Below are positions 37,862 through 47,192 of a stretch of DNA of 64,000 bases, piece after piece. A program made the position numbers and the translations under genes. Positions within the stretch are counted from its first letter, which is position 1; each line of letters begins with the position of its first letter. This stretch comes from Treponema sp. Its GTDB lineage: Bacteria; Spirochaetota; Spirochaetia; Treponematales; Treponemataceae. The DNA lies in assembly GCA_022510845.1 (NCBI GenBank), contig JAFLSR010000011.1, positions 2,128-66,127 of the forward strand, given 5' to 3'. The notes under the pieces are model-generated. The model was not told where the DNA came from. It made no database searches and saw nothing but the letters and a program-made list of their open reading frames with translations.

Positions 37862-38345
37862 AATTCTCGTTTCCGTTGAAGAAGCGATGGCAGAGCCTTC
37901 CTGGATTTGCAAAGTAGAGCCATTTTTGAAAAAATCGCTTTCCGCGCTCGGACTTGACGGGCGCGAGATTTCGGTTTTGTTTTGCGGCGATGATTTTATA
38001 AAGACTCTCAACAGCGAATACCGTAACGTTCCCGCGCCCACCGATGTTCTTTCATTTGAAAGCGGCGAAAAATATTCGGACGACGAGGGCGAATGGCTGA
38101 ACATGGGCGACATCGTCATAAGCGTTCCGATGCTTTGTCAGAACGCGCGCAATTTTTCTACGGATGAAAACGCCGAGCTCAAGCGGCTTTTGCTTCACGG
38201 CGCGCTTCACTTGAACGGAATGGATCACGGAGACGAGCACATCGAGGCGGGAAAAACACCCGAATGCGAGATGCTCCGTTTGCAGGAAAAAATTCTTTTG
38301 GAACTGGAAGAGGAGGAAATTGTGCCGGTCAAGTCGGCATCTTGA
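37851..38345 (+). CDS. ybeY: rRNA maturation endoribonuclease YbeY
   Basis: LNSEYR...PTDVLSF, GDIVIS, HGALHLNGMDH (H3xH5xH). Confidence 0.93.
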   Translation: MANRILVSVEEAMAEPSWICKVEPFLKKSLSALGLDGREISVLFCGDDFIKTLNSEYRNVPAPTDVLSFESGEKYSDDEGEWLNMGDIVISVPMLCQNARNFSTDENAELKRLLLHGALHLNGMDHGDEHIEAGKTPECEMLRLQEKILLELEEEEIVPVKSAS

Positions 38346-38354
38346 ATTCGATAT

Positions 38355-39149
38355 ATGGGTATCTTTGGTTTTAAGCGCAAAAAAGAAGACTCCGAGCGGG
38401 AAAATGAGCAGCGTCAGATTCTGAACGAAGAAAAAAAGGACATGATTCGCGGCATAGAAGATTTGTCGGAAACCAGCGTCAAGGAAGTGATGGTCCCGCG
38501 AATCGACGTGGATTTCATCAACATAAACACGCCGCAAGACGAACTCATGGAAAAAATCGCCCAAAGCGGGCATTCGCGCTTTCCCGTCTACAGCGATTCC
38601 ATCGACAATGTGGTGGGAATCCTCTATGTCAAGGATTTGATTCGAAACATTTCCAAAAAAGAAGAGTCCGCTTTGGACAAAGTGATTCGAAAGCCGTTTT
38701 TCGTGCCCGAATCCAAGCGAATCGACAGCCTTTTGCGCGAATTCAAGCGTCGCCACGTCCACATCGCGATTTCCGTGGACGAATACGGCGGAGTTTCAGG
38801 CATAGTCTGCATGGAAGACATAATCGAAGAAATCGTGGGCGACATTCAGGATGAATTCGACAACGAGCGCGAAGACATAATTCCGCTCGGAAGCAACGCA
38901 TGGCTTTGCGACGCCCGCACGAATTTGGACGACTTGAACGAAGAAATCGGCTCGGAATTTCCTTCCGGCGAATTCGACACTCTCGGCGGATTCGTCTTCG
39001 ACTTGTTCGGGAAAATTCCTGTGAAATACGAGAAAATTTCATGGGGCGCATACGATTTCATCGTGCAAGACATGGAAGGGCACAGAATCAATGTCATAAA
39101 GATAATCTTGCGCGGCGAAAAGGACGATACTAAAAATGAAGAAACTTAA
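38355..39149 (+). CDS. CBS-pair/CorC_HlyC protein (CorC/TlyC family)
   Basis: VKEVMVPR, GHSRFPVY, DEYGGVSGIVCMEDIIEEIVGDIQDEFD, TLGGFV. Confidence 0.9.
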   Translation: MGIFGFKRKKEDSERENEQRQILNEEKKDMIRGIEDLSETSVKEVMVPRIDVDFININTPQDELMEKIAQSGHSRFPVYSDSIDNVVGILYVKDLIRNISKKEESALDKVIRKPFFVPESKRIDSLLREFKRRHVHIAISVDEYGGVSGIVCMEDIIEEIVGDIQDEFDNEREDIIPLGSNAWLCDARTNLDDLNEEIGSEFPSGEFDTLGGFVFDLFGKIPVKYEKISWGAYDFIVQDMEGHRINVIKIILRGEKDDTKNEET

Positions 39150-39209
39150 TTCGCGCGTTGAGATTTGCTGATTCGCAAGGAGTTTCGTCGTCAAAACTTG
39201 GGGGTGGGA

Positions 39210-41363
39210 ATGAAACTTATCTTAAAAATAACGCTTTGTGCGGCCGCGTTCTTTTGCATGGCGGAAATTTTCGCGCAGACAAGGCGAAACGCGCAGGAGC
39301 TTTTCGCGCAGGGAATCGAAGCGGAGGACGACCGTGACTGGTGGGCGGCTAGCGAAAGGTTTCAGGAAGCCGTTCGCGCGAACCCTGCCTATGCCGACGC
39401 TTGGTTTCACCTTGCGAAATGTGTCTATCAAATGCAAAGTTTCGAACTTGCTTTGCGGCATCTCCAGGAAGCAAAAAAATATTCGCCCGAACGCACGGAC
39501 ATCCTCAATCTTGAGGGAATGTCGCTCATTTCGCTTGGGCGATTTGACGAGGCGGAAAAGATTTTTTCGCAAATCCAAAAAAAATATCCGAACGATATCG
39601 GCTCAAGGTTCGGACTTGCGGAACTCAACCTTTTGAAGGGGCGCACGACCGTCGCGGAAGGCCTTTATTCGGACGCGCTTTCGAAAAATCCCGGGAATGT
39701 AAAGGCGCTTCTTTCGCTCGCGCTTTTAAAATCCGAGGCGAAGGATTCTCCGAGGGCGGAACGCTATGTTAACGAAGCGTTGCGGGTGGGAAGCGCGGAC
39801 CCGCAGGTTTATTACATCGCCGCCTTCCTCGACTTCAAAAACGGAAAACTCGGCTCGGCGGAAAAACGCTGCCTTTCCGCGCTCCAACTCGACGGAAACT
39901 ACGACGCGGTGTACGAACTTTTGTCGTTGATTTATTTCGCGCAGGGCAAATTTTCCGATGTCATCGATTTGGCGGATTTTGCAATTTCCCGCGACCGCGA
40001 AAACGGAAAGGCGTGGTATGTCAAAGGACTCGCCCAGCAAAAACTCGGGCGCGATGAAGACGCCATCGAAACCTGGGAATTGGGACTTGACGCGGTGGGT
40101 GACGACGAGATAATGCGGGCGGCTTTCGAACTTTTGGTTTTGCGGACGCTTCCTTTGGAAGACCCGCGCCGCGTGGACTGGGCGAAATTCCATGTGCAAA
40201 AAGGTTTGGAACATTCAAAGCGTTATTCCGGCCGTGCGATGCGCTATGAATATCAGGCGGCGCTGCGCATCGACCCGCAGAATTTCCAGGCGAGAAACGC
40301 ATTTTCGAATTTGCTTCGCGCGGAAGGCTACAGCGAAAACTATCTTTCGCAAATGCGCTTTATGCATGAAAACGAAATCTTGCAAAGCGGAATTCAGGCG
40401 ATGAAGGACGAAGGAAAGAAAATCAGTCCCGATGATGAAAAATTCGCGCTCGTAAAACTTTCTGACACGGTTGAAGGCTACGAATCGCTTTTGGAAAACA
40501 CGCTCGCAAGAAAGTGGGATGTGAATCCTTTTTTCCTGGACAAGAACCGCTGGAATTTGCGGATTTACTATATGAATTCTTCCGCGCCGCTTGCCCATCC
40601 CGAACTGAGCCGCGTGGCTGCCGAACATCTTTGCATTTTGTTCAACGGAGTTTTGGGAAAAAGTGTCGAGATTTCCGCTCGCCCTGCCAAAGATTTTTCT
40701 GCGGCGTATTCCGATGCCTACAATGGCGGCTTCGACTATTTCATTGTTTTGAACGCCACGGAGGACGACCGCGACATCAAGTTTGAGGCGACGATGTATT
40801 CGGGACGAAACGGAACCGAAGCGAAAAAATTCTCCACTTTCAAAACCGGAAACGACAGCTACGCTTCGTCTCTTTTGAATTTGCGTTCCGGCATTTTGGC
40901 GTCGCTTCCGATTCGCGCGAAAATTTTGAACCGCTCTGGAAAGGACATCCTTGTAGACATCGGGCGCACGGAAGGAATGGTGAAGGGCGCGAAATTCGCC
41001 GTAGTAAAACGCGGTGCTCTGCGCACCACAGATATGGGCGTGGGCGTTTCCTATTCCGAAGATGATTTTCTGGGAACTGTCACTCTTTCCAATGTGGGCG
41101 AAGATATTTCCGAGGGCGTTTTGGGCGACACCGGATTTTACGACAGGGTGAACGCGCGCGATGAAATAGTTTTGGTGGAAATTCCTGGGGCTGAAAGCGC
41201 GTCGGCAAACAAAGTCGCCGAAGACACTTCGCCTGCCGCAAACCAAAAAGGCGTTCCAGTTTTGGCTGAAATGCCGGAAATCGGCGGAGACCCGCTACGC
41301 GGTGCTTTGAGCACGGGAAAAAAGAATTCGGCTCTCGTCGATATGATTCGCAAGATTCGCTAG
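39210..41363 (+). CDS. Exported multi-TPR protein (candidate flagellar-collar FlcB-like)
   Basis: Signal peptide, many TPR repeats, C-terminal beta region ILVDIGRTEGMVKGAKF; downstream of ybeY-corC. Confidence 0.7.
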   Translation: MKLILKITLCAAAFFCMAEIFAQTRRNAQELFAQGIEAEDDRDWWAASERFQEAVRANPAYADAWFHLAKCVYQMQSFELALRHLQEAKKYSPERTDILNLEGMSLISLGRFDEAEKIFSQIQKKYPNDIGSRFGLAELNLLKGRTTVAEGLYSDALSKNPGNVKALLSLALLKSEAKDSPRAERYVNEALRVGSADPQVYYIAAFLDFKNGKLGSAEKRCLSALQLDGNYDAVYELLSLIYFAQGKFSDVIDLADFAISRDRENGKAWYVKGLAQQKLGRDEDAIETWELGLDAVGDDEIMRAAFELLVLRTLPLEDPRRVDWAKFHVQKGLEHSKRYSGRAMRYEYQAALRIDPQNFQARNAFSNLLRAEGYSENYLSQMRFMHENEILQSGIQAMKDEGKKISPDDEKFALVKLSDTVEGYESLLENTLARKWDVNPFFLDKNRWNLRIYYMNSSAPLAHPELSRVAAEHLCILFNGVLGKSVEISARPAKDFSAAYSDAYNGGFDYFIVLNATEDDRDIKFEATMYSGRNGTEAKKFSTFKTGNDSYASSLLNLRSGILASLPIRAKILNRSGKDILVDIGRTEGMVKGAKFAVVKRGALRTTDMGVGVSYSEDDFLGTVTLSNVGEDISEGVLGDTGFYDRVNARDEIVLVEIPGAESASANKVAEDTSPAANQKGVPVLAEMPEIGGDPLRGALSTGKKNSALVDMIRKIR

Positions 41364-41367
41364 GAAG

Positions 41368-42393
41368 TCAGAAATCGTCTTCCATCAAGTCAAGGCTTGA
41401 GTCGAGCCATTTTTTTGTGAGCGCGGGAAAAATTTCCTGCACGGAAAGAAAGCATTGCACGGCGTTTTTGTATTCGCCGCAAAAATAAAAGCTTTCGCCC
41501 AGGTAGAATTCCGCGCGGTTCGTGGTGTCGGCATCTCGGTTCACGCTCAAAAAGTCGATTAAGAGCCTTGCGCTTTCGCGGTACTTTCTCTGCACAAGTC
41601 CTTCTCGCAACGTTTCGAACAGAATGTATTCATCGCCTCCGTCCGGCGCGAACATATCGTCCTCAAAAAAATACGGAGTTTTGAAAGGCTCTGCTTTCTT
41701 TTTGCCGCTGGGGTTCGCCAAATTCGCAACGCTTTGCTTCGCCTCGTCGCTCGTCTTGTGCGCCTCATCCCCAAATCCCAAAATGTCGGCTGGAAGTGGA
41801 AGCGGCATTCCGCGCATTCGGAATTCATCTTCTTGCGAAAGAAACGGAAGGTGCGACTTTTTTTTCTCCGGATTCTGCGCAACCTCAGGTTCCGCGGCGG
41901 GTTTTTGTGAAGTATCTTCTGACTCTTCGAAATCATCTTCCGCGTCTTCTTGCAAAGCCACAAAATCATTTTTTTCGTCTTTTTTTTGATAATCCTCGCT
42001 CTTTTCAGAAATTCTCGCGTGCGCACCCTTTGTCGTGACATTCATTCCGGGAATCACCGCCTTGTAGTCGCCGTAAGATGTGACCGCGATGACCGCATAA
42101 AAATAATCGCCCGCCTTTTGAATGAAGTCCGTGTGCCGCGTTTCGCTCAGCACCGCGATGGGGGAGTCCGCTTCGATTTCCTTGTAAGAAGTGATTGGCT
42201 TTGAAGCGCGGTAAAGTTTCGCGCCGACTATTTCCGGCACTGTTTGTTTCGGAAAATTCCATTCTATTTCGATAGTCCTGTCCGCGCCCGATTTTGCGGA
42301 AATCGCGTTCGCGATGGGGCGTGTTTGCGAAATCACGTTCGCGGAGCACAAAAAAATTGGCAGGAAGACCGCCGCGCTTTTTAAAAATTTCAT
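41368..42393 (-). CDS. Hypothetical exported protein with C-terminal TPR-like helices
   Basis: MKFLKSAAVFLPIFLCSANVIS signal; RAEFYLGESFYFCGEYKNAVQCF TPR-like; start trimmed to ATG 42393. Confidence 0.7.
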   Translation of the reverse strand: MKFLKSAAVFLPIFLCSANVISQTRPIANAISAKSGADRTIEIEWNFPKQTVPEIVGAKLYRASKPITSYKEIEADSPIAVLSETRHTDFIQKAGDYFYAVIAVTSYGDYKAVIPGMNVTTKGAHARISEKSEDYQKKDEKNDFVALQEDAEDDFEESEDTSQKPAAEPEVAQNPEKKKSHLPFLSQEDEFRMRGMPLPLPADILGFGDEAHKTSDEAKQSVANLANPSGKKKAEPFKTPYFFEDDMFAPDGGDEYILFETLREGLVQRKYRESARLLIDFLSVNRDADTTNRAEFYLGESFYFCGEYKNAVQCFLSVQEIFPALTKKWLDSSLDLMEDDF

Positions 42394-42399
42394 TCTTCC

Positions 42400-42428
42400 A
42401 TAATATCGCCAGAATCGATTTTTTGCAA
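42400..42428 (-). promoter_or_regulatory. sigma70 promoter, likely leaderless transcript
   Basis: Minus strand TTGCAA - 17 nt - TATTAT, then 6 nt, then ATG 42393. Confidence 0.65.
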
Positions 42429-42471
42429 GCAATTCCGCGCAAGCACTTCAATAAAAAATTGAAAAAAAGTA

Positions 42472-42500
42472 TTGCGCAAATCAAGCATTTCCGCTATAAT
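42472..42500 (+). promoter_or_regulatory. sigma70 promoter of rpmF-acpP-rnc
   Basis: TTGCGC - 17 nt - TATAAT; a second candidate (TTGACA 42504, TGnTATGTT) follows. Confidence 0.6.
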
Positions 42501-42573
42501 TGATTGACATCAGGGGTAGAAATGTGATATGTTCAGCAGCAATACTTCTGTGAAAAAAAAGTGAGGTTGGATA

Positions 42574-42759
42574 ATGGCAGTACCCAGAGCGAAAACTTCA
42601 AAAGCCAGAACCCGCAGACGACGCAGCATAAATATGCGCCTTGAGGCTCCGAACCTTGTTCCCTGCAACAATTGCGGAAACCCGGTGAGGTCGCATTATG
42701 TTTGCCCGAAATGTGGATTCTATCGCGGTCGCCAGGTGATTATACCTGAGGCGAACTAA
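42574..42759 (+). CDS. rpmF: 50S ribosomal protein L32 (zinc-binding form)
   Basis: MAVPRAKTSKAR; CNNC and CPKCGFY. Confidence 0.96.
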   Translation: MAVPRAKTSKARTRRRRSINMRLEAPNLVPCNNCGNPVRSHYVCPKCGFYRGRQVIIPEAN

Positions 42760-42791
42760 AATTAAATTCTTTTGTTTTACGGAGAAAAAAA

Positions 42792-43031
42792 ATGGACGAA
42801 TTGTTTGAAAAAATCAAAAAACTCATCGCGGACAAGTTGGAAATTGACGAAAGCAAAATCGAACTTGGCTCGTCATTCCGAGGAGACTTGGGCGCGGACA
42901 GCCTCGACACCTACGAGTTGGTCTATGCCATCGAAGAGGAATTGGGCGTTTCCATTCCCGATGAAAAGGCCAATGAATTCGAGACCGTTCAGGACGCTTA
43001 CGACTTCATCAAGTCCGAGCAGTCAAAGTAA
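42792..43031 (+). CDS. acpP: Acyl carrier protein
   Basis: DLGADSLD phosphopantetheine site. Confidence 0.96.
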   Translation: MDELFEKIKKLIADKLEIDESKIELGSSFRGDLGADSLDTYELVYAIEEELGVSIPDEKANEFETVQDAYDFIKSEQSK

Positions 43032-43069
43032 GCGGTCGTCCGCTTTTTTAGTGAAAATTCTCAAATAAA

Positions 43070-43846
43070 ATGGATCGGCCCGGATTCTTTTCGGGCTGGT
43101 TTTGTTTCGTTGTGGGGGATTTTTTGGGCGTTTCAAAGGGGATTTCTCCCGAGCGCAAAAAGGCGTTGCTGGAATTTTGCAAGCCGCTTGATTTGCGTTT
43201 CAAAGATTTGGCTTTGCTGGACTTGGCTTTTCATCATCGTTCTTATTCCAACGAGGATTCTGACTACAAGCACAGGAACAACGAGCGCCTTGAATTTTTG
43301 GGCGACAGCGTTTTGGGCTTGGTGACGGCGGCGTTCCTGTACAAGGACATGGCAGAAAATCCCGAAGGCGACCTCGCCAAGATAAAAAGCAGCGTCGTTA
43401 GCGAAAAGGCGTTGGCACCCGTCGCGCTTGAATTCGGAATCGACAAGATGCTCGTTTTGGGAAAGGGCGAAGAAGGCGGAGGAGGGCGGAAAAAGCCCGC
43501 GATTTTGGCGGATTGCATGGAAGCCGTAATCGGCGCGTATTATTTGGATTCGGGCTATGCCGCCGCCGAAAGTTACGTTTTGCGCTTCATCGTTCCCGCG
43601 GTTCGAGCCGTCCAGCAGGACAAGGGCGAGCGGGATTGCAAGAGCCTTTTGCAAGAGGCGTATCAAAAAAAATGCAAGTCCATTCCGCGCTACGAATTGT
43701 TGAAGGTTTCGGGACCGGACCACGACCAGGCTTTTTTTGTGAGCGTGCATTTGGGCGATGCCGTCTATGGACCTGCGCAGGGAAAAAGCAAAAAACAGGC
43801 AGAACAGAACGCCGCGCGCATGGCGTTGGAACACTGGAAAAGTTGA
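43070..43846 (+). CDS. rnc: Ribonuclease III
   Basis: NERLEFLGDSVLG signature, ADCMEAVIGA, dsRBD GPDH...GKSKKQAEQNAA; start uncertain. Confidence 0.96.
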   Translation: MDRPGFFSGWFCFVVGDFLGVSKGISPERKKALLEFCKPLDLRFKDLALLDLAFHHRSYSNEDSDYKHRNNERLEFLGDSVLGLVTAAFLYKDMAENPEGDLAKIKSSVVSEKALAPVALEFGIDKMLVLGKGEEGGGGRKKPAILADCMEAVIGAYYLDSGYAAAESYVLRFIVPAVRAVQQDKGERDCKSLLQEAYQKKCKSIPRYELLKVSGPDHDQAFFVSVHLGDAVYGPAQGKSKKQAEQNAARMALEHWKS

Positions 43847-43865
43847 CTTTTTTTCGCAAAAGCAC

Positions 43866-43894
43866 TTGACAATTTTTTTTGCGCGTGGTATATT
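43866..43894 (+). promoter_or_regulatory. sigma70 promoter of tRNA-Gly
   Basis: TTGACA - 17 nt - TATATT with extended TG. Confidence 0.8.
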
Positions 43895-43906
43895 TTCTGC
43901 ATATAC

Positions 43907-43979
43907 GCGGTAGTCATATAACGGCTTATTATCTCAGCCTTCCAAGCTGATGACGAGGGTTCGACTCCCTTCTACCGCT
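43907..43979 (+). tRNA. tRNA-Gly (TCC), CCA not encoded
   Basis: Acceptor GCGGTAG/CTACCGC, anticodon arm TCAGC-CTTCCAA-GCTGA, T-arm GAGGGTTCGACTCCCT. Confidence 0.95.
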
Positions 43980-43983
43980 GCAG

Positions 43984-44012
43984 GCGCTTCCGTTTTCGGA
44001 GGCGCTTTTTTT
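43984..44012 (+). terminator. Intrinsic terminator after tRNA-Gly
   Basis: GCGCTTCCG-tttt-CGGAGGCGC followed by T7. Confidence 0.85.
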
Positions 44013-44048
44013 GTGCCCGTGTTTTTCGCTTTTTTTTCTTGAAAATAC

Positions 44049-44078
44049 TTGACAAACTTTGCGATGTCGAAGTATAAT
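44049..44078 (+). promoter_or_regulatory. sigma70 promoter of the flaA pair
   Basis: TTGACA - 18 nt - TATAAT. Confidence 0.7.
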
Positions 44079-44163
44079 AATCTAATTATTTTTGTAAAAA
44101 AAATTTCCGATAATCCGAGAAGATAAAAAAAAGTTCGTTTCAAACGGGCTGAAGGAGTTTTTA

Positions 44164-44934
44164 ATGAAAAGAGGCTTATTTGTCCTTGCTGGTTTGGCTC
44201 TGCTTTTTGTCATCGGCGGTGTGGCATTCGGCCAACCCAATTCAAAGAGTATGTCAACAGTTACAATCGATGATTTTGACTCTGTAGGCGAGCAAAAGTA
44301 TCGGGTGTGGGAAAAAGGAAAAATCGTCGAGCGCAGTTGGGAATGGAAGACCCAGGCAAGCCGTTTCGTGACAGAAGGCTATCCTACGGAGCCGAAAGTC
44401 TTTGAAGCCATACCGAATTCGTTGCGCGTGATACGCACAGACGACGAAAAGCCCGCTACGGTTTTGGGTGTAAAAGTTAAATTTGACCGCAAAGGTGACA
44501 ACTGGTTCGAAGTTTTCCCGTCGGACGGCGACAAGCCGATTGAAATTCCGCTTGAGGGAACTGTGAGCCAGTTTGATTTTTGGGTTTGGGGAGCGAATTA
44601 CCTCTATTTCCTTGATTTGCTTGTGCGCGATGCGGAAGGCGCTGTGCACATCCTTCCTGCGGGAAATCTCGCTTTTAACGGTTGGAAAAATGTCATAGTG
44701 AAAATCCCCGGCTGGTTGAGGCAGCGTTCAAGGCTTCGCTCTGGTCCTGCCAAGATGACCTTTGTCGGATTCCGAATCAGAACAGACCCCGCCGAATTCG
44801 TGGATGACTTTCTCATTTACTTTGATGACTTCAAATATATGACATATACTCTCAGCAATGTGTTTGACGGCTACGAACTCAAGGACCAGGATTTTGGTGA
44901 CGAAGAGGAAACTTCTTCAGGAGATGAACAATGA
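44164..44934 (+). CDS. flaA: Flagellar filament outer layer (sheath) protein, FlaA family
   Basis: Signal peptide; LGVKVKFDRKGDNW, WVWGANY, GNLAFNGWKN, FLIYFDDFK. Confidence 0.85.
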   Translation: MKRGLFVLAGLALLFVIGGVAFGQPNSKSMSTVTIDDFDSVGEQKYRVWEKGKIVERSWEWKTQASRFVTEGYPTEPKVFEAIPNSLRVIRTDDEKPATVLGVKVKFDRKGDNWFEVFPSDGDKPIEIPLEGTVSQFDFWVWGANYLYFLDLLVRDAEGAVHILPAGNLAFNGWKNVIVKIPGWLRQRSRLRSGPAKMTFVGFRIRTDPAEFVDDFLIYFDDFKYMTYTLSNVFDGYELKDQDFGDEEETSSGDEQ

Positions 44935-45656
44935 AAAAACTTCTTTTTATGATTTTGGCGGCGTCTTTGGCCGCGTCGTTTGTGTTCGCGCAGCAGGAGG
45001 AGGGGCGTTCTCTCAGCGATCCTGATCCGAACACTGTTGGAAGTGATTCTGCCGCAACTGCCCTGCGCGAAGTTTCGCTTGACAAAATGGAGCGCGACGG
45101 TGCTTGGAACATACACGTTTCTCCGGATGTGGGTGTTGCGTCAATACGCTTGTTCGAAGGAAGCCCTGCGGCGAAAGTTCCTCTTGAAGGCGAAGAAGAG
45201 CAGGAAGACATCATGGCGTTGGGTTGCAAAATCGAATTCTATCGCCGCGGCGTGAACCCCATTTATATCACTGCGGTTCGCCCGATTCCGATTGAAGGAA
45301 TTACGAAAACCGTGAGCGTTTGGATTGCGGGACGCAATCAGAACCACGATATTTACCTTTTGGTGCAGGATTATTATGGCTCGAATTTCGAACTGTATCT
45401 TGGAAATCTCGGCTTTAGCGGTTGGAAGAAGTTGACGACTGCGATTCCTCCTTCGCCGGACGGAGAGCACGGAATTGTTCAGTCAAGTCCTTATCACGGA
45501 GACCGCCCCGGTTTGCGCATTGTGGGCTTCCGCATTGACTGCAATCCGATGCTTGCCCGCGGAACTTACTATGTCTACTTTGACGATTTGCGTGCCGTAA
45601 CTGACTTGTACGACATGGAAAATCGCGACGAAGACGACATGGTTGACAACTGGTAA
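44931..45656 (+). CDS. flaA: Flagellar filament outer layer protein, FlaA family paralogue
   Basis: Signal peptide; LGCKIEFYRRG, VSVWIAGRN, LGNLGFSGWKKL, YYVYFDDLRAVTD. Confidence 0.85.
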   Translation: MKKLLFMILAASLAASFVFAQQEEGRSLSDPDPNTVGSDSAATALREVSLDKMERDGAWNIHVSPDVGVASIRLFEGSPAAKVPLEGEEEQEDIMALGCKIEFYRRGVNPIYITAVRPIPIEGITKTVSVWIAGRNQNHDIYLLVQDYYGSNFELYLGNLGFSGWKKLTTAIPPSPDGEHGIVQSSPYHGDRPGLRIVGFRIDCNPMLARGTYYVYFDDLRAVTDLYDMENRDEDDMVDNW

Positions 45657-45707
45657 TTCTTCTTTGTGAACAGTTTCATTTGATAAAATGGCGCGGCTTT
45701 TGTCGCG

Positions 45708-46412
45708 CTATTTTTTTTGCCTATAATAAAACAGCCTGCCTTTTTTTTCCATGCGTTCGATGAGGTTCATTTTGTGCAAGAGCCACAAAATCAAATTGGC
45801 GTATGGCTTGCCTTCTTTTTCCAGCGAATGAGACAGTTCGGCGGACGAAAATTCTTCGGGAAGAGCCGCGGGCAAAAGCGCGATGTAATTTTCCTTGCCG
45901 CGAAAATTTATCTCTCCTTCAATCGAAACTAGCGACTTGTCCGTTTTTTGCCACGCCTTTTTGAAGCGGCGACGGCCGTTTTTGGATTGCTCTGGCTCTT
46001 CGGTTTGGACGCGCTTTTCGTCCGTCGTGATGAGCGGGCAGACTAGCGAAAAATTTTCGTGCAGGAGAATGTCGCAAAGCCCTGTGAGTTCGCGCAGCAT
46101 TGAATAGACGCTTTCTTTTTTGGGGCTTGTTTTCGCATAAATTTCCTTGCCGCTTGCGTCGAATGTGCGGATTTTCTTTCGCGTTATGATTGGATGCACG
46201 ATTATGACTTTTTTTCCGCGCGCGAGAAGGGCGGCTGCCTTTTTGTGAAGTGAACTCACGCTTTTTGTCTGAATTTCGATTACTGTTTTTTCATCGCAAA
46301 CGATGTCGCAAATCCATTGTTCCACTTGCACTTCGGTTTTTCCGCCGTAGCGTTCGGCGTAGAAAATCTTCAGGCTTTTGTGGAGCGCGCTTTCATTTAG
46401 TGTCGAAAACAT
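45708..46412 (-). CDS. Putative PD-(D/E)XK-fold nuclease with C-terminal winged helix
   Basis: NESALHKSLK helix, ICDIV...VIEIQT catalytic-like pattern; FSSAELS...LILWLLHKMNLIER wHTH-like. Confidence 0.55.
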   Translation of the reverse strand: MFSTLNESALHKSLKIFYAERYGGKTEVQVEQWICDIVCDEKTVIEIQTKSVSSLHKKAAALLARGKKVIIVHPIITRKKIRTFDASGKEIYAKTSPKKESVYSMLRELTGLCDILLHENFSLVCPLITTDEKRVQTEEPEQSKNGRRRFKKAWQKTDKSLVSIEGEINFRGKENYIALLPAALPEEFSSAELSHSLEKEGKPYANLILWLLHKMNLIERMEKKGRLFYYRQKK

Positions 46413-46513
46413 TTTACTGTCCAATACACGTGGCAAACAAAAATATAGTAGACGCAATTTTCAATTTTTTTCGAAAAAAAATCAAAATATTTTCATTTTC
46501 GGCATTTTTTCTA

Positions 46514-46585
46514 TTGACTTTATTAAAAAAGCGGTTAAAATGGTAGTTGCGTGGGAAATTGTGGCATATTGTGGGATTTGGTGGT
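46514..46585 (+). promoter_or_regulatory. dcw promoter and MraZ-binding direct repeats
   Basis: TTGACT - 16 nt - TAAAAT, then GTGGG/GTGGC/GTGGG/GTGGT at 46551, 46561, 46571 and 46581 (10-nt period). Confidence 0.8.
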
Positions 46586-47029
46586 ATGAAGCGACTGTCC
46601 GGGGAATATTTCAACACCCTCGATGAAAAAGGCAGAATCTCTTTTCCTGCGAAAATTCGCGGCGATTTGCCCGGCAATTCGCTTTTTGTGACGAAGGCGT
46701 TGGACCACTGCCTTTGGCTTTTCGCGCCCGAAGAATGGGAAAAAGTTCGCGAAAGCATCGAAGGAAAGGCTTCGCTTTTTAAGCAGAATTCGCGCCTTGT
46801 TTCGCGCGTGCTTTGCGCTCCCGCTGTGGAAGTGGAATTCGACAAGAGCGGAAGGCTTTTGGTGCCGCCGTCTTTGCGCGAATACGCGGGGCTTTCCAAG
46901 GATTGCGTGATTTTGGGCTTGGGAAATTACATCGAACTTTGGGATGCGGCGGCGTACAAGCAGTACATGGACGACAATGCAGATTCTTTGGCGAAGGCCG
47001 CCGAGGAATTGGGCGCGATTGGGTTTTAG
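46586..47029 (+). CDS. mraZ: Transcriptional regulator MraZ
   Basis: TLDEKGRISFP and EFDKSGRLLVPPSLREYA duplicated motifs; GNYIELWD. Confidence 0.96.
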   Translation: MKRLSGEYFNTLDEKGRISFPAKIRGDLPGNSLFVTKALDHCLWLFAPEEWEKVRESIEGKASLFKQNSRLVSRVLCAPAVEVEFDKSGRLLVPPSLREYAGLSKDCVILGLGNYIELWDAAAYKQYMDDNADSLAKAAEELGAIGF

Positions 47030-47124
47030 TTTTTTGGAAGCAGGTTTTTTGAAAAATTGACTTTTGCGATGCGCAAGGGTTTTGAAAATGGAATTAAATC
47101 GGCGGCGTTGTGCTTCCGATTTTG

Positions 47125-47157
47125 AGAATTCCGCTGGGTGGGGCGGAATTCTTTTTT
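47125..47157 (+). terminator. Terminator-like hairpin between mraZ and rsmH
   Basis: AGAATTCCGC-tgggtggg-GCGGAATTCT followed by a T run. Confidence 0.6.
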
Positions 47158-47192
47158 GAAAAATTCTCCGCTTGCGGAGGCGAGGTGGGAAA

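Noticed and set aside
44087-44113. sigma28 promoter for the flaA pair (TCCGATAA at 44106)
   Set aside because: No TAAA-like -35 at 15-16 nt spacing, and a good sigma70 promoter lies just upstream.
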